A stretch of 64,000 bases of DNA, taken from Candidatus Omnitrophota bacterium (lineage in GTDB: Bacteria > Omnitrophota > Omnitrophia > Omnitrophales > Aquincolibacteriaceae). Made by a program: the position numbers and the translations under genes. Below, piece by piece: positions 1-9,533 of this stretch. The stretch is from positions 49,703 to 113,702 of the forward strand of contig JBDRCT010000037.1 of the NCBI GenBank assembly GCA_043821445.1, written 5' to 3'. Positions within the stretch are counted from its first letter, which is position 1. Each line of letters begins with the position of its first letter. Below the pieces are notes generated by a model. That model saw nothing but the letters and a program-made list of their open reading frames with translations. It did not search any database and was not told where the DNA came from.

Positions 1-354
1 TTCTATCAGTATCTTTTTGTCGGCATTTTCTTCGTTTTTGCGCTTGTTTTTGCCGCAATTCCTTTGGTCCTGGCCTGGTTCCTGGCCCCCAAGAAGCCAT
101 CGGCTGAGAAACAAGCCTCCTACGAATGCGGCCTGGCCTCCCAGGGTGACCCTTGGATGCAGTATCATGTGCAATATTATCTCTTTGCGTTGATCTTCGT
201 CATTTTTGATATCGAAACGGTCTTTATCTACCCGTGGGCCGTGGCCTTTAAAAAACTGGGCCTCTTCGCCTTCGTGGAAATGGCTATTTTTATCGCGATC
301 CTCGCTTTCGGCCTCATTTACGCCTGGAAGAAAAAAATGCTCGAGTGGGAATAA
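1..354 (+). CDS. nuoA: NADH-quinone oxidoreductase subunit A (5' partial)
   Basis: Frame open from base 1; motifs YECG and YYLFALIFVIFDIETVFIYPWA; first gene of the nuo operon. Confidence 0.95.
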   Translation, partial: FYQYLFVGIFFVFALVFAAIPLVLAWFLAPKKPSAEKQASYECGLASQGDPWMQYHVQYYLFALIFVIFDIETVFIYPWAVAFKKLGLFAFVEMAIFIAILAFGLIYAWKKKMLEWE

Positions 355-392
355 ACGGGGGCTGACCCCTTTTGGGGAACGCGGAAAATCTT

Positions 393-1124
393 ATGACATT
401 CACAAAAAACACATCTTCGGTCGATGCATCGCTTCGCGCGGAACTCGCGAAAAATGGCGTGGTCTGGACAAGCCTTGATTTCCTCTACAATTGGGGCCGG
501 CGTTCGTCGATCTGGCCCATGCAGTTCGGCCTCGCTTGCTGCGCATTCGAGATGATCGCCGCGGCCTGCGCCCGTTATGACATTGCCCGGTTCGGCTCCG
601 AACTTTTCCGTGCCTCGCCGCGCCAAGCCGACCTCATGATCATTTCAGGGACCGTCACCAAAAAAATGGCGCCCCTGGTCGTCCGTCTTTATAATCAGAT
701 GCCGGAACCCAAGTACGTGCTCACGATGGGTGCCTGCGCAATCTCGGGTGGTCCTTTTATCGACGGTTATAATGTTTTGCGCGGGATCGACCGTTACATC
801 CCGGTCGATGTCCATCTCCCCGGTTGTCCTCCCCGGCCCGAAGCCCTGCTCCACGGCCTCATGGAACTTCAAAAAAAGATCGCCTCACAGGAGATCCGGA
901 AAACCGAATGGTATCAAAAAGGCCTGAAGCGAAAGTTCCCGATCCCGGAGCTTGGACCTAACGGTCTCATCCCAAAATTCAACCCGGAGGTTTGGCAACC
1001 GCTCGAAAAAGATCCTCGCCGGGAACATTACGGACCAACGATCCTTGTTGGGAAAAAACAGAAAGCCCCGGACTTGGAAGGGGTGGTGGCCGCCAAGCCC
1101 GCCGCGCCGGGAGCTACCGCCTGA
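393..1124 (+). CDS. nuoB: NADH-quinone oxidoreductase subunit B
   Basis: [22 protein letters not shown] and PGCPPRPE (N2 cluster ligands); ATG at 393, alternative TTG at 372. Confidence 0.95.
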   Translation: MTFTKNTSSVDASLRAELAKNGVVWTSLDFLYNWGRRSSIWPMQFGLACCAFEMIAAACARYDIARFGSELFRASPRQADLMIISGTVTKKMAPLVVRLYNQMPEPKYVLTMGACAISGGPFIDGYNVLRGIDRYIPVDVHLPGCPPRPEALLHGLMELQKKIASQEIRKTEWYQKGLKRKFPIPELGPNGLIPKFNPEVWQPLEKDPRREHYGPTILVGKKQKAPDLEGVVAAKPAAPGATA

Positions 1125-1125
1125 T

Positions 1126-1797
1126 ATGAATCTCCCCATCGAAGAGATCAAAAAAGAACTTGAGGCCCGGCTGCCGGACGTCAAACTCCGCCGGATCCGG
1201 GATTCCCTTTTGATTGAGGACCCGGAAGATCTGCCGCAGGTTGCCTTGTTTTTGAAGGAAAGCCCGAAATTCCTTCTGGATTATCTCTCGTCCGTCACCG
1301 GCGCGGATTATTTGGATCATCTGGAATCGGTCTATCACCTTTACTCCATGGCTAAAAAACAAGGCCCCGTCGTGCTTCGCGTTCGCGTCACAAAAAGCCA
1401 TACGGCGGTCCCCTCGCCCATTGACGGCAGCAAAACAGAAACGGGGGCTGAGAAGAACGCCCCGGACGTAAAAAAAGTAAAAGCCGGGAAGATTCCTTCC
1501 CTCGTGTCGATCTACCGGAGCGCGGAACTTCAGGAGCGCGAGGCTTTTGATACCTTCGGCATTATTTATGAAGGGCATCCCGACCCGCGGCGGCTTTTCA
1601 TGTGGGAAGAATTCCAGGGTCATCCCCTGCGCAAGGATTACGAACAAGAAGACGCGGAGGTCCTGGAAACTGCGGATATCGCATGGCTTGAAGCCCGCGG
1701 GATCAAGGTCCCCGACGAAATGAAAGAAAAAGCAAAGGCGCTCCAGACGGCCGGTCGGCGCGCCGTGGCTCAAAAGCCGGAAAAACCGAGGAATTGA
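1126..1797 (+). CDS. nuoC: NADH-quinone oxidoreductase subunit C
   Basis: EREAFDTFGIIYEGHPDPRR and GHPLRKDY; ATG at 1126 just after the nuoB stop. Confidence 0.93.
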   Translation: MNLPIEEIKKELEARLPDVKLRRIRDSLLIEDPEDLPQVALFLKESPKFLLDYLSSVTGADYLDHLESVYHLYSMAKKQGPVVLRVRVTKSHTAVPSPIDGSKTETGAEKNAPDVKKVKAGKIPSLVSIYRSAELQEREAFDTFGIIYEGHPDPRRLFMWEEFQGHPLRKDYEQEDAEVLETADIAWLEARGIKVPDEMKEKAKALQTAGRRAVAQKPEKPRN

Positions 1798-1805
1798 CGT
1801 TTTAT

Positions 1806-1881
1806 GTCATCGCGAGCCCGCATTTTGGGCGTGGCGATCTCGAAGCAAGATTGCTTCGCCGTCTTCGCGGCTCGCAATGAC
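1806..1881. repeat. GTCAT(T/C)GCGAG...CTCGCAATGAC palindromic element, copy 1
   Basis: Terminal inverted repeat with internal GCGATCT/AGATTGC stem; related copies at 4965 and 55384. Confidence 0.8.
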
Positions 1882-1895
1882 TCGATAAGGAAAGA

Positions 1896-3044
1896 ATGGA
1901 AGCAACGAATGTTCTAAAAAATACTGATAACGCCTCGCTTCTCGAGATCAATTTCGGGCCGCAGCACCCGTCTACCCACGGCGTTTTCCGCATGACAGTG
2001 CAGCTCGAGGGTGAAAAGATCTGCGGGCTGAAGCCCGTCTTCGGATACCTTCACCGCAACCATGAACAGATCGCGGAAAACCTTCCCTACGCGGCGATCA
2101 TGCCCTACACGGACCGTCTGGATTACGTGAACGCGCTCTCGAATAATTTCGGCTACGCGCTCACGGTCGAAAAACTCGCGGGGCTTGAAGTGCCCGAGCG
2201 GGCGCAATATATCCGCGTGATCATGGCGGAACTCGCGCGCATCGTGAACCATATCGCGGTCATCGGATTCATGCTCAACGACCTCGGCGCTTTTTTTACG
2301 CCGCTCCTCTACGCCTTCCGCGAACGGGAAAGGATCCTGGATCTTTTCGAACGGGTCACAGGTTCGCGCCTGATGAATAATTTTTTCTGTTTCGGCGGCG
2401 TGAAGCGCGATTTCACGGACGCGAATTTTACCGCCATCCGGAAGATCGTTTCAGGATTTCCGGCGTTCCTTAAAGAATTCGAGGCGCTCCTCACGAAAAA
2501 CGAGATCCTCTGTATGCGCTGCCAGAATATCGGCGTTCTGTCGGGGGAAACGGCAACGAACGCCGGCATCACCGGCCCCGTGCTCCGCGCCTCGGGCGTG
2601 AATTATGACATCCGTAAAGTGGACCGTTACGGCATTTACGACCGTTTTGATTTCAAGGTCCCGCTCGGGCAAAAAGGAGACGTCTACGACCGTTTTTATG
2701 TCCGTGTCCTCGAGATACGCGAGAGCCTGAAGATCCTTGATCAGGCCCTGACCCGGATCCCGCCCGGTGAGATCATGAATAAGAAATCGTCTTCGACCCT
2801 GAAAATACCGCGCAATTTCAAGCCGCCCGTGGGTGAAGCCTATGGACGCGTCGAATCCCCGAAAGGCGAACTGGGATTTTATGTCGTAAGCGACGGTACG
2901 CCGCAACCGTGGCGCTATCACGTGCGCGCCCCATCGCTTATCAACCTGACCGTCTTGGAAGAAATGTGTCTCGGCCAGAAGATCGCCGATGCGATCATTA
3001 TCCTGGGAAGCATCGATATCGTGCTCGGGGAGACGGACCGATGA
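1896..3044 (+). CDS. nuoD: NADH-quinone oxidoreductase subunit D
   Basis: NFGPQHPSTHG, GYLHR, DRLDY, ESPKGELG and C-terminal DIVLGETDR; no NiFe-binding CxxC motifs. Confidence 0.96.
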   Translation: MEATNVLKNTDNASLLEINFGPQHPSTHGVFRMTVQLEGEKICGLKPVFGYLHRNHEQIAENLPYAAIMPYTDRLDYVNALSNNFGYALTVEKLAGLEVPERAQYIRVIMAELARIVNHIAVIGFMLNDLGAFFTPLLYAFRERERILDLFERVTGSRLMNNFFCFGGVKRDFTDANFTAIRKIVSGFPAFLKEFEALLTKNEILCMRCQNIGVLSGETATNAGITGPVLRASGVNYDIRKVDRYGIYDRFDFKVPLGQKGDVYDRFYVRVLEIRESLKILDQALTRIPPGEIMNKKSSSTLKIPRNFKPPVGEAYGRVESPKGELGFYVVSDGTPQPWRYHVRAPSLINLTVLEEMCLGQKIADAIIILGSIDIVLGETDR

Positions 3045-3787
3045 CCAGCGCGGAATTCAATAAAAAAAGCTTGGAAACGAACGGCGAGAACCCTGCCCAG
3101 GCATCTTCTGTTCGAAACGCGGCCTCAAACCATGGGTTTGAGACTATTTTCGGATGGGGTGTTTGCAAAGGCATGGGGGTCACGCTTAAAAATTTCTTGA
3201 CCTCTTATTTCCGGAAACCCGACGAGGGCGGCATCTTCACGGTCCAGTATCCGGAGGAGCGAGAAAGGCTGGTCGAGAATTTCAGGAACTTCCCTTTTCT
3301 CGTGTATGACGGCACGCCCGAAAAGGTCCGCTGTGTGGCCTGCGGGATCTGCGAACGGGAGTGCCCGACCAAATGCATTCATATTGAGATGGAGTTCGAC
3401 GCCGCGGTCCCAATACCTGTCAATTTCAGCAAAGCTGAAATTGGGGCCGTCCCGGCTCCCATTGATCAAAAGAAAATCATAGCCGGGACGGGAAAGCCGG
3501 CTCGAAAGCCGGCCGTATTCGATATTAATTACGGGCTTTGTATGAATTGCGGCATGTGTGAAGAGGTCTGCCCGTTCGATTCGATCTTCATGGACCACGC
3601 TTTTGAGGTGACGGCCCCGGAACGTCAAAGCAGCCTCGTCCGGCACAAAAAAGAGCTTCTGAAATCGAATGAGTATTTCAGGGAAATACGGCCGTCTCTG
3701 GCGTCGGCCATTGATCAGAAACGGAAAGCGGCGGAAGAGAAGAAAAAGGCGGCCGTTCCGCCGCCTGTAACGCAAGGACCCCGATGA
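3041..3787 (+). CDS. nuoI: NADH-quinone oxidoreductase subunit I (2x[4Fe-4S])
   Basis: TVQYPEE, CVACGICERECP and CMNCGMCEEVCP; ATG overlaps the nuoD stop. Confidence 0.92.
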   Translation: MTSAEFNKKSLETNGENPAQASSVRNAASNHGFETIFGWGVCKGMGVTLKNFLTSYFRKPDEGGIFTVQYPEERERLVENFRNFPFLVYDGTPEKVRCVACGICERECPTKCIHIEMEFDAAVPIPVNFSKAEIGAVPAPIDQKKIIAGTGKPARKPAVFDINYGLCMNCGMCEEVCPFDSIFMDHAFEVTAPERQSSLVRHKKELLKSNEYFREIRPSLASAIDQKRKAAEEKKKAAVPPPVTQGPR

Positions 3788-4956
3788 TAAGAGGGATTGA
3801 ATTCTATGTCGACATGATCTTCGTGACGGCCAAGGCCTGGATCTTGACCCTTCTGGGCCGTTTCCTTCCGGACTGGCTGATCGTAGTCGCATCGATCACG
3901 ATCAGCGGCGTCGTGATCCTTGTTCTCGGCGTTGTCATCATGATGTACATGACGCTTCTTGAAAGAAAACTGATCGGCAGGATCCAGAACCGCTACGGCC
4001 CGAACCGTGTCGGAAAATGGGGCCTTTTGCAACCCATCGCTGATGCCATCAAGATGTTCACCAAAGAGGACATTGTCCCGGCGAAGGCCGATAAGATCGT
4101 CCACCTCCTCGCGCCCATCGCGATCGTCGTGCCCGCGCTGATGATCTTCCTGGTCGTACCCTTCGGCGACGGCATGACAGCGGTGAATTTGAATATCGGT
4201 CTTCTTTACTTTATCGCGGTATCGTCCGTCGCCATCCTGCCGATCTTCATGGCAAGCTGGGCTTCCCGCAATAAGTATTCGCTTTTGGGCGGCATGCGCA
4301 CGGCGGCCCAGATGATCTCCTATGAGATCCCGATGACCCTCGCCGTCGTCCCGGCCATCATGATGAGCCAGAGCCTTGCGACCAACACGATCGTCCTGGC
4401 GCAGACCGGCGACTACGACCTCCACTGGTTCATCTTCACGCCCTGGGGCATCGTGGGGTTTATTATTTTTTTCCTTTGTGCGACCGCCGAATGCAACCGC
4501 ACCCCGTTCGATCTTCCGGAAGCGGAATCCGAACTCGTGGCAGGCTTCCACACCGAATACAGCGGCATGAAATTCGCTCTCTTTTATATGGCGGAATATA
4601 TGAACACGTTCACGCTTTGCGGTATCGCGGCCACCCTGTTCCTGGGCGGCTGGCAGGGCCCCTTCCTTCCGTCCTGGCTGTGGTTCTTCGGAAAAACGCT
4701 CGCCCTTGTCTGCGTGATGTTCTGGTTCCGCGGCACCTTCCCGCGTTTTCGCGTCGACCATCTGATGGGATTCGCCTGGAAATTCCTTTTGCCGCTCACG
4801 CTCGTCAATATTCTTATCACCGCGCTCTGGTATTTCACGTCGAACCTCGCAGCGTGGGTCTGGTCGGTCCTGATCCTGGGCGTTTCGCTCTGGGTCCTGG
4901 TCAAGCTCAACCGTACTTTTGTTTCTGAAAAACGAACATACCTTTTTTCGGACTAG
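3784..4956 (+). CDS. nuoH: NADH-quinone oxidoreductase subunit H
   Basis: ERKLIGRIQNRYGPNRVG, QPIADAIK and RTPFDLPEAESELVAGFHTEYSG. Confidence 0.96.
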   Translation: MIRGIEFYVDMIFVTAKAWILTLLGRFLPDWLIVVASITISGVVILVLGVVIMMYMTLLERKLIGRIQNRYGPNRVGKWGLLQPIADAIKMFTKEDIVPAKADKIVHLLAPIAIVVPALMIFLVVPFGDGMTAVNLNIGLLYFIAVSSVAILPIFMASWASRNKYSLLGGMRTAAQMISYEIPMTLAVVPAIMMSQSLATNTIVLAQTGDYDLHWFIFTPWGIVGFIIFFLCATAECNRTPFDLPEAESELVAGFHTEYSGMKFALFYMAEYMNTFTLCGIAATLFLGGWQGPFLPSWLWFFGKTLALVCVMFWFRGTFPRFRVDHLMGFAWKFLLPLTLVNILITALWYFTSNLAAWVWSVLILGVSLWVLVKLNRTFVSEKRTYLFSD

Positions 4957-4964
4957 GCTCATGG

Positions 4965-5068
4965 ATCATTGCGACCTTGCTGCTGTCTTGCGACAGCAAG
5001 ACGGCAAGGGAAGCAATCCCGTTTTAAAGAAAGATTGCCGCGCCCCAAAGAACGGGGCTCGCAATGAC
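4965..5068. repeat. TCATTGCGA...TCGCAATGAC palindromic element, copy 2, with nested TCTTGCGACAGCAAGA hairpin
   Basis: Terminal inverted repeat plus GCAATC/GATTGC stem, between nuoH and nuoJ. Confidence 0.8.
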
Positions 5069-5085
5069 ACAAAGAAAGTGAAACT

Positions 5086-5598
5086 ATGGAAATATTAGAA
5101 ATGGCCGCAAAATTCGGAACGTACGCTGTGATGGCCGTGATCCTTGTGTTCGCCCTGGGCGTGGTCACACTCCGGAATCTTTTCCATTGCGCGCTTTGCC
5201 TCGCGGCCGCGCTGATCGGAACGGCGGTCATTTATGTCGTGCTCCAGGCGGAATACCTCGCCGCGATCCAGGTCCTTCTTTACGTCGGTGCCGTGGTCAC
5301 GCTCGTCATCTTTGCCATTATGCTGACAGAACACCTTGCGGGAAAGACCGTTCGCCAGAATAATTCCCAGAGCCTGCCGGCGATGGCGGGGCTGTTGGGC
5401 TTCGTGTTGCTCGTCACGGCTCTGATCTTGAAAACGCCCTGGCCGGTCACCCCGGCCGCGCTCAAAGCCAAGGTTTCGGTCATGGGGCTCGGCAAGGCCT
5501 TGATGGGAACTTATGTGTTCCCGTTCGAGGTCATCTCGATCGTCTTGATCGCGGCCTTGATCGGCACGGTGGTCATCGCCAAAAAGGATGATGTATGA
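5086..5598 (+). CDS. nuoJ: NADH-quinone oxidoreductase subunit J
   Basis: [16 protein letters not shown] and [10 protein letters not shown]. Confidence 0.94.
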   Translation: MEILEMAAKFGTYAVMAVILVFALGVVTLRNLFHCALCLAAALIGTAVIYVVLQAEYLAAIQVLLYVGAVVTLVIFAIMLTEHLAGKTVRQNNSQSLPAMAGLLGFVLLVTALILKTPWPVTPAALKAKVSVMGLGKALMGTYVFPFEVISIVLIAALIGTVVIAKKDDV

Positions 5599-5909
5599 TC
5601 CTCCTCCCTTTGTCGCACATCCTGATCTTTTCTTTGCTTCTTTTCGCGATCGGCGTCTACGGCGCGCTCGTGCGGCGCAATATCATCGGCATTTTGATCT
5701 CGATCGAGCTCATGCTGAACGCCGCCAATATCAACCTGATCGCGTTCTCGAAATACACGTCCCTGGCCCCGGAGACCGGGCAGATCTTCGCCCTTTTTGT
5801 GATCGCGATCGCCGCGACCGCGGCCGCCGTGGGGCTCGCCATTGTCCTGGCCCTTTACCGCGTCCGGAAAACCGTTCAAGCCGATGAGGTTCATTTATTG
5901 AAATGGTAA
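5595..5909 (+). CDS. nuoK: NADH-quinone oxidoreductase subunit K
   Basis: [22 protein letters not shown] and [13 protein letters not shown]. Confidence 0.95.
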   Translation: MILLPLSHILIFSLLLFAIGVYGALVRRNIIGILISIELMLNAANINLIAFSKYTSLAPETGQIFALFVIAIAATAAAVGLAIVLALYRVRKTVQADEVHLLKW

Positions 5910-7849
5910 CGTCCGATCAGATCATCCTGGTTCCGTTGCTTCCTTTTTTCGCCTTCGTGGCCAATATCCTGGCCGGGCGGTGGCTCAAGGACCGCGCGGC
6001 GTGGCTTTCCATCGCCACGAGCTCCGTAGCCTGCGTGATCGCGCTCCCCGTCTGCTGGGCTGTCTTCCAGGGTGCCCGTTTCGCTCACCAAGGCACTTGG
6101 CTTATGCTCGGCGCGACACCGCTTAAATTCGGCTATCTGATGGACCCTCTTTCCGCGACGCTTCTTTTCATGGTCACGATCGTCGGCACCCTGATCCAGA
6201 TCTACGCCGCGGGTTACATGCACGGCGACCCGCGCTACAGCCGGTTCTTCGCGTACGTTTCGCTTTTCATGTCCGCCATGCTCACGCTCGTGGTCTCGGA
6301 CAACTACCTCCTCTTTTTCATGTCGTGGGAGATCATGGGGCTTTGCTCGTATCTTTTGATCGGTTTTTATTTCGAGAAAGCCTCCGCCGCCAGCGCCTCG
6401 CTGAAGGCCTTTCTCACTACGCGCGTCGGAGACGTCGGATTCCTCTTGGGGTTCCTCACGCTTTTCGCGGCGCTCGGGACCTTGAACTTCGCGGAAATGA
6501 ACGCCCTTCTGGCGGGGGCCCACAAAACTCATTTCGCGCTGAATACGGGTCTCCTTGCGATGGCGGCACTTTTCATTTTCTGCGGCACGATCGGCAAGTC
6601 CGCGCAGTTCCCGCTCCACGTGTGGCTCCCCGACGCCATGGAAGGCCCGACGCCCGTGAGCGCCCTCATCCACGCGGCGACGATGGTCGCGGCCGGAGTA
6701 TTCCTCGTCGCGCGTTCTTTCACCCTTTTCATGGCCGTCCCGAACGTGTTGCCCGTCGTCACCGCCATCGGCACGACCACCGCCTTCATGGCCGCCTTCA
6801 TCGCGCTGACCCAGAACGACATCAAACGTGTCCTCGCTTATTCGACGATCTCACAGCTCGGCTATATGGTGACCGCCCTCGGGCTTTCGGGCCTCGGCGC
6901 CGGGACCTTTCACCTGATCACGCACGCCTTCTTCAAGGCCCTGCTCTTCCTCAGCGCCGGCAGTGTGATCCACGGCGCGCACGTCCAGGACATCCGCGAG
7001 ATGGGCGGCCTTTTTAAGAAAATGCCGCACACCGCCGTCACTTTCATCATCGCAAGCCTGGCCCTTGCCGGGGTTCCGCCGCTTTCCGGGTTCTGGTCCA
7101 AAGACGAGATCCTACTGGCGGCCTTCGGGTCCGGTCATTTCCTGGTCTTCGGTATTCTTCTCCTCACAGCGCTCCTGACCGCCTTTTATATGTTCCGTCT
7201 TATTTTCCTGACCTTTTTCGGCGCGGCAAGAAATCCCGGGGTCCACGCGCACGAATCCCCGGCCCTCATGACCCTGCCGCTTTGGTGCCTGGCAGTGGGA
7301 TCGGTCGTGATCGGCATCCCCGGCTCGCCTTTCATGCATCACTGGTTCCAGAAATTCATCGCGCACATGGCCCATTGCCCGGAATATGAACCTTCCGCTT
7401 TCGTCATGGCCTGCTCGATCGCGGTGGCCGTCCTCGGGATCGCCCTCGCGGGGATCATGTACCTCAAGCAGAAGCACTGGGCCGCGGCGGTCGCCAGGGC
7501 CTTCCCTTTTCTTTATCGCCTCTCTTTCAACAAATTCTATTTTGACGAATTCTATTTCGCTTACATCGTGAAACCCTTTCAGTCCCTCGGCCGCGTCCTG
7601 TTCCGCTTTGACGAAACCGCGATCGACGGCACCGTGAATAACGCAGGCCGCGCCACTCTTTTCCTGAGCGGGATAAAGAATTGGATCGACCAATACATCG
7701 TGGACGGCGCCGTGAATTTTATGGGGACTGCGGTCTATTTCTTTAATTCGATCGTCAAACGCATTCAAACAGGTTTCGTGCAGAATTATCTTTTGATCGT
7801 ATTTCTGGTATTGATGGTTTTTCTTTTTTGGGAATTAAAGTTAGCATAA
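5903..7849 (+). CDS. nuoL: NADH-quinone oxidoreductase subunit L
   Basis: [32 protein letters not shown] and [10 protein letters not shown]. Confidence 0.97.
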   Translation: MVTSDQIILVPLLPFFAFVANILAGRWLKDRAAWLSIATSSVACVIALPVCWAVFQGARFAHQGTWLMLGATPLKFGYLMDPLSATLLFMVTIVGTLIQIYAAGYMHGDPRYSRFFAYVSLFMSAMLTLVVSDNYLLFFMSWEIMGLCSYLLIGFYFEKASAASASLKAFLTTRVGDVGFLLGFLTLFAALGTLNFAEMNALLAGAHKTHFALNTGLLAMAALFIFCGTIGKSAQFPLHVWLPDAMEGPTPVSALIHAATMVAAGVFLVARSFTLFMAVPNVLPVVTAIGTTTAFMAAFIALTQNDIKRVLAYSTISQLGYMVTALGLSGLGAGTFHLITHAFFKALLFLSAGSVIHGAHVQDIREMGGLFKKMPHTAVTFIIASLALAGVPPLSGFWSKDEILLAAFGSGHFLVFGILLLTALLTAFYMFRLIFLTFFGAARNPGVHAHESPALMTLPLWCLAVGSVVIGIPGSPFMHHWFQKFIAHMAHCPEYEPSAFVMACSIAVAVLGIALAGIMYLKQKHWAAAVARAFPFLYRLSFNKFYFDEFYFAYIVKPFQSLGRVLFRFDETAIDGTVNNAGRATLFLSGIKNWIDQYIVDGAVNFMGTAVYFFNSIVKRIQTGFVQNYLLIVFLVLMVFLFWELKLA

Positions 7850-7855
7850 TCTTAA

Positions 7856-7933
7856 AGTATTGAGTTCAGAGTTCGGAGTTCGGAGTAAAACCATGGGCCT
7901 TTACTCCCGCCCCCGAACTCCTGGCTCCGTACT
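7856..7933. repeat. Heptamer-periodic imperfect hairpin (AGTTCGG-type left arm, CCGAACT-type right arm)
   Basis: AGTATTG AGTTCAG AGTTCGG AGTTCGG ... CCGAACT CCTGGCT CCGTACT, immediately before the nuoM RBS. Confidence 0.8.
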
Positions 7934-7947
7934 AAAAAGGAGTTTTT

Positions 7948-9411
7948 ATGACCTCTCATATCCTGTCCTGGATCATTTTTGCGCCATTGATCGGCGCGTT
8001 CGCAGTCCTCTTTGTGCCGAAAAGCGCGGCCTCCGCGATCAAATGGATCGCGCTTGTCACCACCGGCGCCGTGATGGCGCTCACCGGTTACGCCCTGATG
8101 ATCTTCCGGCCCGCCCAGGCCGGCTTTCAGATGGTGGAGCGTGCCTCGTGGATCCCGCAATTCGGTGTCCAGTATCTTCTGGGGATCGACGGGATCAGCC
8201 TTCCCATGGTGTTCCTCACCGCGATCATTTCGCTGGTAGCGTGCCTCGCCTCCTTCGGGATCAAGGAACGCCAGAAAGAATATTATTTCCTGTATCTCCT
8301 CCTTGAGACCGGCATGATGGGAACTTTCCTTGCGCTCGACCTTTTTCTTTTTTATGTGCTCTGGGAGGTCGTGCTGGTTCCGATGTATTTCCTGATCGGG
8401 ATCTGGGGTGGACCGCGTCGCGAATACGCCGCGATCAAATTTTTCCTTTATACCCTCGCGGGCAGTCTTTTCATGCTCCTGGGGATCCTCGGCGTTTACT
8501 TCGCCGCCGCGCCGCACACGTTCGATATGACGCAGCTGGTCGGCATGCCCCGCGGACTTCTTTTCCAGCAGATCGTCTTTATGGCCTTTTTCCTCGGCTT
8601 CGCGATCAAGGTGCCGATCTTTCCGTTCCACACCTGGCTTCCGGACGCGCACGTGGAGGCCCCGACCCCGATCAGCGTGATCCTCGCGGGAGTGCTTCTC
8701 AAAATGGGCACGTACGGATTTTTCCGTTTCAGTTATCCCCTCTTCCCGGAAGCCGCGCATTGGTTCCAGCCGGCCATGGCGGTCCTGGCCATTGTGGGCA
8801 TCATCTATGGCGGCTATGTCGCGCTCGCGCAAACAGACTTCAAAAAAATGGTCGCTTACTCGAGCGTCAGTCACATGGGCTTCGTTCTGCTCGGACTTGC
8901 TGCTTTAAACGCAAACGGTTTCCGCGGGGCCATGCTCCAGATGTTCACCCACGGCACCATCACGGGCGGGCTCTTCTTGCTGGTCGGCGTTCTCTACGAC
9001 CGGGCCCACAGCCGCGACCTGAACGGTTTTGGCGGACTCGGCGTCAAAATGCCGGCCTACGCGGGATTCCTGACCTTTTTCGCGCTCGCATCGCTCGGTC
9101 TCCCGGGCCTCTCCGGATTTATCAGCGAATTCCTGGCGCTCCTGGGCTCTTATCAATATTCCAAACTGGTGACCGGGCTTTCCACGATCGGCATTATCCT
9201 CGCGGCGACCTATCTTCTTTATATGGTCCAGCGCGTCCTGCTCGGGAAACTCAACCCGAAGTGGGCCGCTCTTCCGGACATCAGCACCCGCGAGGTGCTG
9301 ACGCTCGTCCCGCTCATGGTCTTTATCCTCGGGATCGGTCTGTACCCGCGGATCATCCTGGACTACATGGTCCCGACGCTCGATGCTTTGCTTAAAATGG
9401 TCAAGGTCTGA
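7948..9411 (+). CDS. nuoM: NADH-quinone oxidoreductase subunit M
   Basis: IKVPIFPFHTWLPDAHVEAPT, LLKMGTYG and AYSSVSHMG. Confidence 0.97.
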   Translation: MTSHILSWIIFAPLIGAFAVLFVPKSAASAIKWIALVTTGAVMALTGYALMIFRPAQAGFQMVERASWIPQFGVQYLLGIDGISLPMVFLTAIISLVACLASFGIKERQKEYYFLYLLLETGMMGTFLALDLFLFYVLWEVVLVPMYFLIGIWGGPRREYAAIKFFLYTLAGSLFMLLGILGVYFAAAPHTFDMTQLVGMPRGLLFQQIVFMAFFLGFAIKVPIFPFHTWLPDAHVEAPTPISVILAGVLLKMGTYGFFRFSYPLFPEAAHWFQPAMAVLAIVGIIYGGYVALAQTDFKKMVAYSSVSHMGFVLLGLAALNANGFRGAMLQMFTHGTITGGLFLLVGVLYDRAHSRDLNGFGGLGVKMPAYAGFLTFFALASLGLPGLSGFISEFLALLGSYQYSKLVTGLSTIGIILAATYLLYMVQRVLLGKLNPKWAALPDISTREVLTLVPLMVFILGIGLYPRIILDYMVPTLDALLKMVKV

Positions 9412-9429
9412 TAAAGGATAAGAAAATGA

Positions 9430-9533
9430 ACCCCGTTAGACCTTTTGAAATCAGTCTCAATCGCATGGATGTAAAAGAAGCTATGAACAAAAGCAAAACG
9501 AAATTTATTATTAAAGTGGAGGTCTAACGGGGT
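9430..9533. repeat. ACCCCGTTAGACC...GGTCTAACGGGGT inverted-repeat element at the nuoN start codon
   Basis: 13-bp inverted repeat; TGAAC is duplicated on both sides; a second copy lies at 29014-29124. Confidence 0.8.

Noticed and set aside
354-373. Terminator between nuoA and nuoB
   Set aside because: The GGGG/CCCC stem is only 4-5 bp and lies inside an operon; too weak to call.
1896-3044. Group 4 [NiFe]-hydrogenase large subunit
   Set aside because: Both CxxC nickel-binding motifs are absent; the protein has the NuoD-type DRLDY and GETDR instead.
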